DNA of 63,777 nt, counting the filler, from Octopus bimaculoides (Eukaryota), in the NCBI RefSeq assembly GCF_001194135.2. It is 4 parts of 4 records of this genome, joined end to end, with 100 filler letters (N's around TTAATTAATTAA, not from the genome) between each part and the next. Parts side by side here need not be neighbours in the genome. Positions count along the whole stretch, not along the records: positions 31,052 to 61,177 come from NC_069005.1; positions 61,278 to 63,777 come from NC_068985.1; 2 more parts are not named here. The stretch is one strand, 5' to 3'. The notes beneath the pieces are model-generated. The model saw only the letters and a program-made list of their open reading frames with translations, made no database searches and was not told where the DNA came from. Made by a program: the position numbers and the translations under genes. Positions 51,108-61,638 of the stretch are shown here, in pieces; position 1 is the stretch's first letter, and every line of letters begins with the position of its first letter.

Positions 51108-54100
51108 GCAGAAAGACCATACTCCAGGCAGTTTTCTGCTGGCCATTTGACAATCTTTCCACATTTGATTCCTAAATCTAATCATTTTCATGATATTGTC
51201 TACTGCCATGTCTTTTGCTGCTAAATGTTCTTTTTCAGTCACATATTTTGGCATTCTTTTGGTTCTCGTATTTGACTTCTGATCCTTTAGTTTTTCAGTT
51301 CAGTTCAGACCAAACTAAGGTCAACTATGTCTATTATTCTGAAGTTGATAAGATAAAGTACCAGTCAAGTACCACAGTTGATTTCATTGACTGTATGCTC
51401 CCTGAAGAGTTATACCAGACATGGCTGGATGATTAAGAAGATTGATTCTTAACCACGCAGCCTCGGGTTTGTGTGACACCATGGGTAAGTGTCTTCTATA
51501 GCTCCAATTCAACCAAATTCTTGTGAGTGGATTTGGTAAATGGAAACTGAAAGAAGCTCATTGCATCCTATTATTCTTGTATTTGCTTAGGTCATTTGAC
51601 TAACAAATCGCCTTTAGTCTAACAAATCGGTCCGAGGACTTATTCTTTTGTAAACCTAGTACTTATTTTATCAGTCTCTTTTGCCAAACCGCTAAGTTAT
51701 GGAGACGTAAACACACCAGCATCGGTTGTCAAGCAACGGTTGGGGGACAAACACATAATGACAGGTTTCTTTCAGTCTCTGTTTACCAAATCTACTCACA
51801 AGGCTTTGATCAGCCCATGGCTATAATAGAAAACACTTGCCAAAGGTGCCATGCAGTGGGACTGAACTCAGAACCATGTGCTTGGTAAGCAAGCTATTTA
51901 CCACATAGCCACTCCTACACCTATATGTGTATGTATGTATATAAAGATTTATGTTCTAAACATTTTGTCCACCACCACTGCATGACAACAGATTATATCC
52001 CAGTAGTTTAGCAGTTTGGCAAAAGAAAGTACCACGGAATAACTATACCCACAACGCAGTTACTTGCTTTGCTAGAAATAGCAACAAAAATCTTCTTTAA
52101 CCCTCTAGCATTCAGATTGCTCAGTCAAATGTATTGATCATTTAATCACATTGTTTTAAATTAATCATGCATTATCTCATAGCTTCCAGATTTTGAAAAT
52201 GGAAACTGAAAGAAGCTCATTGCATTCTATTATTCTTGTATTTGCTTTGGTCATGATCTGGAGAGACCTGATCTGGCTGGTTTGAACATAAAACAAGTAG
52301 AATATTTAGGCTGGATATGGCCGGTTTAAATGCTAAATGGCTAAATCACACCCAACTGGCCTGGTAGGGAGATCAAATAAGGAAAACCATTGACCAATCG
52401 GTCAAGCGAATAAAAGACAAATCAAATTCTTACCTTTACTGTCCATACGCCGTCAACGACGTAACAATTCTGTTTTAAGAATAATTTACTTTTGTCCCTG
52501 GTATAGAGTCCTTTTTTACGACTGCAAGTAAAGACAATAAAATAACTGTCAAGGAAAGGGAACAGCATGCAGGAGGTTAAAGATGGAGAGATGGGGAGGG
52601 AGTTTACATTACGATTACATCAGAACTTAATGTTAAAAATTGATGGGTGTCCACACACACACACACACACACACAGACTGAAACGCATTTCTTTCAAAAT
52701 TCCAAGTTTCATTTTGCAAATATATATATATGTGTGCAGGCCACCTACAACAACTAAAAAGTATTTGCACAAAATTTCATTAAAAAAATACCTATTCTCT
52801 CCAAGTTATGAGGAAACAAAGTCAACTCATGAAAATGAAATATCCCAAACTCCTCTCCCGCCCATCAAGAATTTTTTGCAGCAAATTCCAATATAATTGG
52901 AATCTATACCATCTGAAAGGTATCTATAGACTACTATTAATTAATATCAGACATTAACAGTCTTTTCTTCACCACCTAATTAATTCTGATTAGCTTTTTA
53001 ACTCTTTAGCAATTAGATTACTCTGTCAAATGTAATATTTATTAATATTGTTTAGAAATTAATCATACATTATTTCATACTTTTGAAAATTTTGACGATG
53101 TGGTTGTATATTTTTGGAATGACACTGTAGGGTAGGTTTGAGAGGCCAGATCCGGCTGGTTTGAACACAGGTGGCACTCCGTCGCTTACGACGTCAAGGG
53201 TTCCAGTCGATCCGATCAATGGAACGGCCTGCCCATGAAATTAACATGCAAGTGGCTGAGCACTCCACAGACACGTGTACCCTTAACATAGTTCTCGGGG
53301 ATATTCAGCGTGACACAGTGTGACAAGGCTGACCCTTTGAATTACAGGCACAACAGAAACAGAAAGAAAGAGTGAGAGAAAGTTGTGGTGAAAGAGTACA
53401 GCAGGGTTCGCCACCATCCCCTGCCGGAGCCTCATGGAGCTTTAGGTGTTTTCACTCAATAAACACTCACCACGCCCGGTCTGGGAATCGAAACCGCGAT
53501 CCTATGACCGCGAGTCCGCTGCCCTAACCACTGGGCCATTGCACCTCCACGGTTTGAACACAAAACAGATAGAATAAGAATATTTGGGCTGGATATGGCC
53601 AGCTTAAATCCTAAACGATTAAGGCTCACTTAACAGAAATGTGTGTTTGGCAGGATCCCACCCCACGCCTCTATCTTTCTCAACAATTCACACACTTTGC
53701 AGACCTATCAAACCAGATGCTCAAAACAAAAACTCGATAACTTACCTGATCTGTACAGTTTTCACAGTGAGTGTTTCGTCTGACATCGTGTCTTTAACAA
53801 CGTATGTGTATAATGTTGGATCAAGTCCCTGGTTCTGACTCTTCTCGTTCCTGTTAACGAAGATCAGCATTCAGTCGTAAGTACATCAATAACGACATGT
53901 ATGAAAATTAACTAACAATGCAGCCACTACATGTGCCATTTAGAAAGAGTAGCCAAATGAAACTCATATCACACCATACCAATCTTAAAGGGAGAAAAGG
54001 AAAGACACATGCTCACAAGGGTTCCTCTATATGGATACTTGATAAGCTAGAAATAACACCCAAACCTCTTTCAAATCAAAGCAATCTGTCTTAAAAAAGA

Positions 54101-56274
54101 AGGAAAATCAACAAGAGTCCAAGCCTCAATACAGTGACTTGACATGCTAGAAATAGATACACTATCATCATTTAACGTTCACTTTTCCATGCTTGAATGG
54201 GTCAGACAGTTCATTAGAGGTAGATTTTCTATGACTGGATACCCTTCCCGTGGCCAACCTTCACCCGTTTCCAACCTAGGTAATATTTCCCCATGGCCAG
54301 AAATGTTCTCAGAATATTAGAAATGAATAACACTGCTTGTATGACAGTGATACTCATTTACAACTATCACACGATGTCAAGACAAGGTAAAAAATGCAGC
54401 CGCACACATTTGATATGATGGGCTTCTTTCAATTTCCATCTACCAAACCCACTCACAAGGCTTAGGTCGACCTGAGGTTAGAGTAGAAGTAGAAGACACT
54501 TGCCCAAATTGCCATACAGTGGGACTGAACCAGGAACCATGATGCTGAGATGCAAACTGCTCACCATGCAGCGTACTCCAATGGTATATCCTGTACGTAC
54601 ACAAGGCATGCACTGTATGTCCAAGATATATAAAAAATGCAAAAATGCAAATACCAAATTATATTTTCACACAAATTTCTCGTTTTGGAAAGACAACTAG
54701 AAAGAGGGTACATACATAAAATTAGAGTACTCTGCATCCATTATACAGCTTTGATTTTTAAAATTGCATCCTCTGGCTTTAGCACCAGGATCCACCCCTA
54801 ATACACACACACATACACACAAACATATATAAAGGTATAAGAGATGAACACAAACCCTATCCCATCTTCTGTTCCATCTTCTACATCGCCATTAATGGCA
54901 TGTTTCTGGATTTGTTCTTCTGTTGGTGGTATGATACACACTATTTTGTACGGTTTGCTGAAAAGAGAAATTAAAAATACATAGTATATATATTCTTTTA
55001 CTTGTTTCAGTAATTTGACAGAGGCCATGCTGGAGCACCGCCTTAAAAGGGTTTTACTTGTAGAAATCGACCCTACAACTTATTCTTTGTAAGACCAGTA
55101 CTTATTTTATAGATCTCTTTTGCCGAACCACTTGTTGAGCGGTGGTTGGGGGGACAGACACACATACACACACACGCACACAAACAAACAAACGAGCTTT
55201 CAGTTTCTATCTACCAAATCCACTCACAATGGCTTTGGTCTGCCCGAGGCTATAGTAAAAGACACTTGCCCAAGGTGCCACATAGTGGGACTGAACCTGG
55301 AACCATGTACTTGGGAAGCATACTTCTTACCACACAGCCATGCCTGCACCTATATCATCATCATCATCATCATCATCGTTTAACGTCCGCTTTCCATGCT
55401 GGTATGGGTTGGACGATTTGACTGAGGACTGACAAGCCAGAAGGCTGCACCAGGCTCCAATCTGATTTGGCAGAGTTTCTACAGCTGGATGCCCTTCCTA
55501 ACGCCAACCACTCCGAGAGTGTAGTGGGTGCTTTTACGTGCCACCTTTTCATGCTCGCATGGGCCAGAGTATGGACTTTATTGCCACCAACGCTTGCTGG
55601 TTTCCAAGAGGTTTTTGCAGAATGTTGTAAATGAATGACATTCATTTATAATAACCATGCAATGTCAACACAAGGACACAAACATACACTCACACACAGA
55701 GTTGATGTGAGAGGCCAGATCTGGACAGTTTGTGTATAAAACAGGTAGAATATTTTGGCTGGATATGGCTGGTTTTACATGCTAAAGGGTTAATGCCTTG
55801 AGTGTATTATGAACACATTGTCAGCATAAAAAAGAGAAATTGTTCTCCTGTGACAGCCACAACAGTGATAAGCTTATTCACATACGAATCTACCAGGACA
55901 TATTAAGAATAAATACGCAAATCGTTTTGAATGTTGCTGTTCACCATACATATGCTGATTTATCAATTGTCAAATATTAGCACAGATCAGCAAACAGTTT
56001 CTTTGCTGAAATTACTAGCAAGACCAATGGTTCCTGTTTAATTGAAATACATTGAATATTTCAAAATATGGTTAATGAAAGGGTTTTTGAACTTTCCCAC
56101 TTAATTTTTGCATCATCGTCATCAGCCGTATTAGTCAAAACCTGGAGACCTGACTCAACCAGGAAGACTTTCATTGACACACCAACACTGATGCTGACGT
56201 CGAACTTGCTAACACTGGAACATGAACAGCAAATACAAGTCTTCAGGACATTTTGAGATTTCATTATATAAAAA

Positions 56275-56305
<31 letters not shown>

Positions 56306-56940
56306 AAACAAGTGTCCATACATATACACATACACAAGTATACACATGAATGCACACATACATTTGCATAGCATATTTTCCAATATACAAGTCGAGTTTT
56401 TCATACCAAAATTTACAGTCATATAAAAGGAAAAAAATAGGAAGAAAAGGTCAACTTATACACCAAGACAACTTTGGAGGAACAAAAATTCCAAGGGAAA
56501 TGCAGCAGGATTTGGAAAGACAGTGACAATGTCTGAATCTTTACACACCATGTTTACACTCTATACGACATTGACTTGTACGCCAGAAAATATAATACAC
56601 ACACATTAAACAGAAGTTCCAATTCTTAAAAACAGAAAAGAAAAAAAACAAATTATTATTTTACCGTATTCCTTCGTGAACCACATCAACTATTTCTCCA
56701 ATGAAGTAACGATCTTTTGCAAAAACGAACACATCGTCGTTCATGCCAGCTAACCGACTGCGATGGGTCAGGTTTGCCAAATAGAGAATTGGCCGCTGAA
56801 GGTAATCAGGGAATGTAGCTAAGTGTCTTCTTGCTCGCTCTTCCGTTTCCACTGCTTCTTGGTAGGTTAATCCCCATTTTCCTGTTATTTCACACGACCA
56901 AAGAAGACTGTTGCACAATATTATTCGCTCAAAAAACTCC
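31190..56940 (-). CDS. BAZ1A: BAZ1A/ACF1 (bromodomain adjacent to zinc finger 1A, ISWI chromatin-remodelling subunit), partial: 15 exons
   Basis: The exon chain is phase-consistent at all 14 junctions. It encodes WAC (EFFERIILCNSLLWSCEITGK..GLTYQEA), DDT (LFGDALMVLEF), WHIM1 and WHIM2/WSD (PLGRDRMYRRYWTF; LNSRGFRE; LRDLLLDLEERIY) motifs typical of BAZ1A/ACF1. Confidence 0.95.
33840..34265 (+). mobile_element. CR1/Jockey-like LINE 3' remnant
   Basis: Degenerate LAFLGINS..ADLIKAHKIIHHLSNNN..HAYKL-like C-terminus. Confidence 0.55.
34524..34713. mobile_element. ~200-bp TTAA-ended MITE (piggyBac-like termini TTAACCCTTTAGCATT..AATGCTAAAGGGTTAA)
   Basis: Terminal inverted repeats with TTAA ends. 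Approximate copies: 31990-32260, 32380-32590, 36428-36630, 39092-39502 (two), 39550-39727, 40940-41090, 41305-41527, 43700-43857, 43990-44190, 52098-52345, 53000-53615, 55700-55793. Confidence 0.75.
35044..36205 (-). CDS. BAZ1A: BAZ1A large exon, WHIM2/WSD region with an acidic low-complexity insert
   Basis: ctattttag|G GAG AAA ... GTG AAG|gtaagt; 1162 nt, phase 2 to 0. It lies inside the listed ORF 34969-36276. Confidence 0.95.
37992..38102 (-). CDS. BAZ1A: BAZ1A exon (YKRSVEERLRERKQ...NNGIT)
   Basis: ttcttttccag|A ... ACT GA|gtaagt; 111 nt, phase 2 to 2. Confidence 0.88.
39777..39942 (-). CDS. BAZ1A: BAZ1A exon, WHIM1 region (SKLKTLSTLVHQFLTY...REEATA)
   Basis: tattcatcag|AG ... GCA AG|gtaagc; 166 nt, phase 1 to 2. 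Confidence 0.92.
39990..40390 (+). mobile_element. Second high-copy tRNA-derived SINE family (head ..GTGTGGTAAG..GGTTCAGTCCCACTGCGTGGCACCTTGGGCAAGTGTCTTC; tail ..GACTGAAACAAGTAAAAGA)
   Basis: It recurs throughout the window. Approximate copies: 2060-2200, 2815-3050(-), 8730-9285, 36770-37120, 42580-43250, 45440-45570(-), 49640-49815, 51430-51930, 54400-54560(-), 55010-55345(-), 57020-57410(-), 57810-58230, 59520-59860(-), 61030-61160, 62180-62340. Confidence 0.85.
42290..42514 (-). CDS. BAZ1A: BAZ1A exon (TPLRNLQLDSFTLTEILRLHL...FRYQQRGGY...DMPP)
   Basis: tccttctag|GA ... CCA G|gtaagc; 225 nt, phase 1 to 1. Confidence 0.95.
43581..43676 (-). CDS. BAZ1A: BAZ1A exon (FSEEMCYSDR...YPMLTH)
   Basis: ttcttttgtag|AT ... 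CAT G|gtaggc; 96 nt, phase 1 to 1. Confidence 0.88.
44567..44716 (-). CDS. BAZ1A: BAZ1A exon (VLEEALLDNDVNGPLTDLL...TNIP)
   Basis: aatttttcag|AG ... CCT G|gtaagt; 150 nt, phase 1 to 1. Confidence 0.93.
46048..46186 (-). CDS. BAZ1A: BAZ1A exon, DDT domain (SLPELLPVQTRLPQELFGDALMVLEF...GMTL)
   Basis: (t)n ag|TCG ... TTA G|gtaagt; 139 nt, phase 0 to 1. Confidence 0.95.
46409..46802 (-). mobile_element. Same tRNA-derived SINE, full length, (CAA)n tail, 13-bp TSD
   Basis: TSD TACAGACACATAT at 46396-46408 and 46803-46815. Confidence 0.9.
47575..48230 (+). mobile_element. RTE-clade LINE 3' end with 3' UTR and (GAT)n tail
   Basis: ORF 47581-47784 reads GHVVRMDEDSCVKKC..GRGRPRKTW..EKTRQAK*. A 3' UTR ends in ..GGACGTTAAAC(GAT)n. 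UTR-only copies (approximate) lie at 12400-12760(+), 34400-34525(+), 37330-37520(-), 38641-38880(-), 43862-44005(-), 44882-45400(-), 48480-48700(-), 49856-50060(-), 50750-51018(+), 54165-54390(-), 55345-55550(-) and 59380-59470(+). Confidence 0.88.
48256..48351 (-). CDS. BAZ1A: BAZ1A exon (ERDKKREEKRIQAEYLKEWSRPRDDLECEDLK)
   Basis: tgtggcag|GAA ... AAG|gtttgt; 96 nt, phase 0 to 0. The WSxPRxDxECxDLK motif is conserved. Confidence 0.93.
49408..49583 (-). CDS. BAZ1A: BAZ1A exon, charged coiled coil (LKAIEDEK...RLERER)
   Basis: cattttgcag|AA ... AGG|gtaagg; 176 nt, phase 1 to 0. Confidence 0.9.
50260..50485 (-). CDS. BAZ1A: BAZ1A exon (DSIIKSLKLTELRFESFF...ADKNK)
   Basis: taatttcag|GAT ... AAA C|gtaaga; 226 nt, phase 0 to 1. 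Confidence 0.88.
52434..52521 (-). CDS. BAZ1A: BAZ1A exon (RKKGLYTRDKSKLFLKQNC...WTVK)
   Basis: ttacttgcag|T ... AAG|gtaaga; 88 nt, phase 2 to 0. The RDKxKLFLKQxC motif is conserved. Confidence 0.93.
53170..53550 (-). mobile_element. Same tRNA-derived SINE inserted inside a TTAA-type MITE, 12-bp TSD
   Basis: TSD GGTTTGAACACA at 53158-53169 and 53551-53562. The MITE sequence resumes on both sides. Confidence 0.9.
53746..53850 (-). CDS. BAZ1A: BAZ1A exon (NEKSQNQGLDPTLYTYVV...TVQI)
   Basis: cgttaacag|G ... ATC AG|gtaag; 105 nt, phase 2 to 2. Confidence 0.9.
54856..54957 (-). CDS. BAZ1A: BAZ1A exon (KPYKIVCIIPP...EDGI)
   Basis: ctcttttcag|C AAA ... ATA GG|gtttgt; 102 nt, phase 2 to 2. Confidence 0.85.
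56665..56940 (-). CDS. BAZ1A: BAZ1A exon, WAC domain (EFFERIILCNS...VVHEGI)
   Basis: ttattttcag|G GAG TTT ... ATA CG|gtaaaa; 276 nt, phase 2 to 2. Confidence 0.95.
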
Positions 56941-58357
56941 CTGAAAATAAAGAAAGGACATTGAGAAAATCATTCATCTTTGTAAATAAACTAACAATAT
57001 TTTAAAATAATTTTCTTGTTCTTTCTCTGGTGTTGGTCATTTAACTGTGGCCAGTCTGGGGTACTGCTTTCAAGTATCTTTTTTATTTTTCATCTGTTTC
57101 AATCATTAGACTGTGGTCATGCTGGAGCACCGCCTTCAATTTTATTGATCCGTTTTGCTGAACCACTAAGTTACAGGGACATAACGACACCAACACCAGA
57201 TGTGAAGTGACAGTGGCAGACAAATAGACACTAAAACAAGCACAAACACATACACACACAACAGGCTTTTATTGGTTTCCATCTACCAAATCTACAAGGC
57301 TTTGGTTGGTCCAAGTCTATAGACACTTGCCCAAGGTACCATGCAGTGGGACTGAACCTGGAACCATGTGGTTGGGAAGCAAGCTTCTTTCCACACAGCT
57401 ATGCCTAAAGTAGCAATAATTAGTGGATTGGTAAAAAGAGGACAATAGACAAAGTACCAAGCTTAGAAATAAATACTGGGATCAAATTTGTTTGACTGAA
57501 CCCCCAAGACAGTGCCCCAGCATGGCTGCAGTCCAAAGACTGTAAAAGAGACAAGTAAAAGAATGAAAGCTGAAAGATAAAACAGCAAGCATGAGAGATA
57601 ACTTCCAAAAAGACCAGTTTAATGAAAATTCCAAACGATATATAGCTTCTTAAGACTATAGACAATAGAATAGCTTAAGTTAATCCATTCTTAATCTCCT
57701 TCATCACCTAAGACTCGTCTGCTGTCATCAGCACAAACAATGGCAGGACTACAGATTGCAGAAGCAGCTGTACAAAACCTGAACACAAATCCATTCTTAT
57801 TATATACAGCAGGTGCAGTTGGGGTGCTTAAGAAGCTTGCTTCCGAATCACATGGTCTCCAGTTCTGTCCTACTGCATGGCACCTTGGTCTACTGTCTTC
57901 TACTATAGGCCCAGGTCAACCAGAGCCTTGAATGGGTCTGGTAGACAGAAACTGAAAGAAGCTTGCTGTGTGTGTGTGTGTGCGCGTGCGTATGTATGTT
58001 GCTATCTCTTTGCCTTGACGTCACAAGATAGCTGTAAGCAAGTGTCACCATCCAGCAAGCGATGTCCATTTCCAATGCTAGGAGGGGGCATGGGTTCAGT
58101 CCCACTGCGTGGAATCTGAGGCAAGTGTCTTTTACTATATCATTGGGCCAACCAAAGCCTTGTGAGTGGATTTGGCTGTATATATCTATGTCTGTGTGTG
58201 TCAACCATGTTGGTATGTTTACGTCATTATTCCTGTCTAGCCCAAAGTCAGTCCTCATCCAGAAGCCTTTGTTAATCTGGGACTACAATATTCAATATGT
58301 CTGGGCATTATTTTAAGACAGTAAAGTATGAATAAGGCCATATATGGTTACATCTGT

Positions 58358-58865
58358 TGTTGTTGTTGGCACTCCGTCGCTTACAACATCGAGGGTTCCA
58401 GTTGATCTGATCAACGGAACAGCCTGCTTGTGAAATTAACGTGCAAGTGGCTGAGCACTCCACAGACACGTGTACCCTTAACGTAGTTCTCGGGGATATT
58501 CAGCGTGACACAGTGTGACAAGGCCGAACCTTTGAATTACAGGCACAACAGAAACAGGAAGTAAGAGTGAGAGAAAGTTGTGGTGAAANNNNNNNNNNCA
58601 GACACGTGTACCCTTAACGTAGTTCTCGGGGATATTCAGCGTGACACAGTGTGACAAGGCCGAACCTTTGAATTACAGGCACAACAGAAACAGGAAGTAA
58701 GAGTGAGAGAAAGTTGTGGTGAAAGAGTACAGCAGGGTTCGCCACCATCCCCTGCCAGAGCCTCGTGGAGCTTTAGGTGTTTTCGCTCAATAAACACTCA
58801 CAACGCCCGGTCTGGGAATCGAAACCGTGAGTCTGCTACCCTAACCACTGGGCCATTGCGTCTCC
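58358..58865 (-). mobile_element. Same tRNA-derived SINE, with an internal segment duplicated across a 10-N gap
   Basis: TSD GGTTACATCTGT at 58346-58357 and 58866-58877. The segment cagacacgtg...gtggtgaaa appears on both sides of the gap at 58589-58598. Confidence 0.85.
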
Positions 58866-61177
58866 GGTTACATCTGTATCTAACAGTTTTAGTGACCAGA
58901 GTCTACCACCACCACAAGGTATTAAATTCCATTTTGTGTTTTTTGTTTTTTTTAATGTACATGGAGCCTCATTTATCACTAATTCATCCATCACTGATCC
59001 AAGATAACACAGTACGTTCAATTAGGAGCCATGCTTAATTTACGATAACATGGGGTCAGCGATCAGTTGAAGATTCTGCTTGTACCACAAAAAACATGCC
59101 CCAGAGACCACCCACAATGCACTGACTATTGCTTGTATTTACATAACTGTGCCGGGAGGTTGTGTATTTTTTCATACATATTTACGTACTTGTACCCATC
59201 AACAAGGGACTGGTAAACAGAAAAAATACAAATACGCCTGATCCTAACCAATTACACAGACGTGTATTTGCTTCAACAGGGGTCCCCAACTACCGAACCA
59301 CAGACCAGTTCAAAGCCACACGCAAAGAAATTTTATCTCTGCAGGGTGTTCTTGCATTGTAAATCTAATACATAAAGCACTCGTGGTAAAGCCACATAAA
59401 AACACCCAGCGCACTCTATAAAGTGATCGGTGTTAGGAAGGGCATCCAGCCGTAGAAACCACGCCAAATCAGGATAAGAACACACATTGAATATAATCCT
59501 AGATACACAGTGTATCTTTTATATCTTTAATCTTTCAAGGTAGTGCCCCATGTTGGGTTTTAGTCAAACAAATCAACCCCAGTAGTTATTTTATTTTTAA
59601 GCCTGGTACTTATAATATCAGACCCTTTTTGATGAACCGCTAATTTACGAAGACGTAAACAAACCAACACCGGTTGTCAAAGGTAATGCGGGGACGAATA
59701 CAAATGCACACACAAGACGGGCTTCTTACGGTTTCCATCTACCAAATCCAATCACACGCTTTCGGTTGGACTGGGGTTAAAGTAAGGTGCTTAAACAGTG
59801 TAACTGAACCCAGAACCATGTGGTTACGAAGCAAACTTCTTTACCACACGGCCATAAATAAAATAAATTTTCAAAACAATCATAATGGTCGCTGTTAGAA
59901 ATGTCTGATCAAGGTCAACCCGAGGCTATAAACAACAACAACAACAACAAGTGTGTGAAATACAAAAGCTGCAAAACTATTTTGATAAAAAAAGAAGGTA
60001 GACGTGAGTTACGATGGGAAAAGTTGTTGGATTTTCACAAATGGCAGCTTTTTCGTCGCGAAAGAGAAAGGAAATTGAATGAATGAGAGAGTGTACATGG
60101 AAGGGTTGGCATAGCTGCCCCCCCCCCGCTCGAAGTCCCATACCTCATGGGAAAAGGAAAAAGTTACAGTAGTAGACGTGAGGGGGTGGGGGTGGGGGTA
60201 GAGCAAAACATAAAAGAAATTTTTACAAATTTTTTATTTCCTACCAGTATCTTAACTACTGTTGAAAGAAACAGGAATACTTTAAAAAAAAAAAAAAAAA
60301 AATGAAAGTGATGGACTACCATTTTCCTTTCCCGTGCAATGTGGAACTTCGAAGGACCATACACACACACGCACACGTATCTATATCGTGCATGTGCGCG
60401 TGTGCGCGTTTAAAAGTTATTTTTAAATCGAATTTATTTGTAAACAAGAAATGAAAAACCAAAGACCGAGTAGAAATCTGTGTCATTATATTGTGGGAGA
60501 TGGAAACAGCAAGTGAAGGGGGGGGGGATAATAAAAATGTCCGTATTTTCACCATTGCACAACCAACGAATTTATCCGTTTTCCCTTTTTTTTTTTATTA
60601 TTAACAAATATTATTTCATGAACGGATGTTCCATTTTTAGTTGAAGCAGCAGGAAGAGACTCCAGAGATGGTATCTGGTCTACCTACAGACCTCCCATAT
60701 AATACCGATAGAGCCGACCTTTAAACAAAGAGTTTTCTACACGCCCGCTAACTGGACCTGCTAGAAACAGCAGCCAAATATCCTCAAATCACAGACTACT
60801 GCCGTTTTAAATTAAAAAAACAAATGGCACATTGGATAATGTAGTCCAAGTCCTACATATCACGGGGATAGGGGTGGGATCTGATAGTAAACCAGCAGAA
60901 TTCGAGAAATGTAGCGATGGTAAAAATTACAAACAGATCAAACAATGAAAATAGATTTTTTTACGAGGAAGAAAATAAGACTAGTTTATTTTCAGTGATA
61001 GAAACACAAAACTCTTATGAATAGACGTAAGTGTGGTTGTGTGGTAATAAGTTTACTTTCCAAGCACATGGTTCCTGGTTCAGTCCCACTGCGTGGTACC
61101 TTGGACAAGTTCTACTAGAGCCACGAACTGAGTGGATCTAATAGGCGGAAACTTAAAGAAACCAGTCTATATATATA

Positions 61178-61277
61178 NNNNNNNNNNNNNNNNNNNNNNN
61201 NNNNNNNNNNNNNNNNNNNNNTTAATTAATTAANNNNNNNNNNNNNNNNNNNNNNNNNNNNNNNNNNNNNNNNNNNN
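61178..61277. other. Artificial scaffold linker, 44N-TTAATTAATTAA-44N
   Basis: Same structure as 12881-12980. Confidence 0.95.
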
Positions 61278-61638
61278 AAATGGAAAAACTTTCAAAATAC
61301 AAAGACCTGGAAATAGAGATAACTCGAATGTGGAGTCTAAAAACAGAAACAATTCCTATCATAGTAGGTGCCTAAGGTATAATAAAAAAATATTCAGACA
61401 AATACATAACAAAAACACCAGGACTTACAAATATATATAACATACAGAAAATTGCACTCCTGGGTACTGCACACATTCTACGCAAAACACTTTCAATACA
61501 GTAAACATAAGAGCACCACAGCAAACCACAGCACATACCCAAGGCGCACAGAGCTGCGCTCGGTAGTGAAGTGAAAGCACGTTATAAAAATAAAACTACT
61601 GAACAATAATAATAATAATAATAATAATGATGATGATA
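61278..61638 (+). mobile_element. R4/Dong-type LINE 3' fragment with (TAA)n tail
   Basis: Reads EKLSKYKDLEIEITRMWSLKTETIPIIVGA*GII..IQKIALLGTAHILRKTLSIQ*, with an in-frame TAA where the other copy has TTA. Confidence 0.85.

Noticed and set aside
51215-51436. Protein-like + ORF (TKVNYVYYSEVDKIKYQ..)
   Set aside because: The DNA is a decayed copy of the third SINE family (AGGTCGACTTTGCC..GATAAAATAAGTACCAG).
54715-54798. Possible extra BAZ1A exon (VDPGAKARG..)
   Set aside because: It would need a 57-nt intron and a phase-1 entry, whereas exons 54856 and 53850 already join in phase 2.
56061-56260. Unique stretch with open frames on both strands in a BAZ1A intron (a similar case lies at 31598-31834)
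   Set aside because: There is no recognisable motif and no splice-site pair compatible with the established exon phases.
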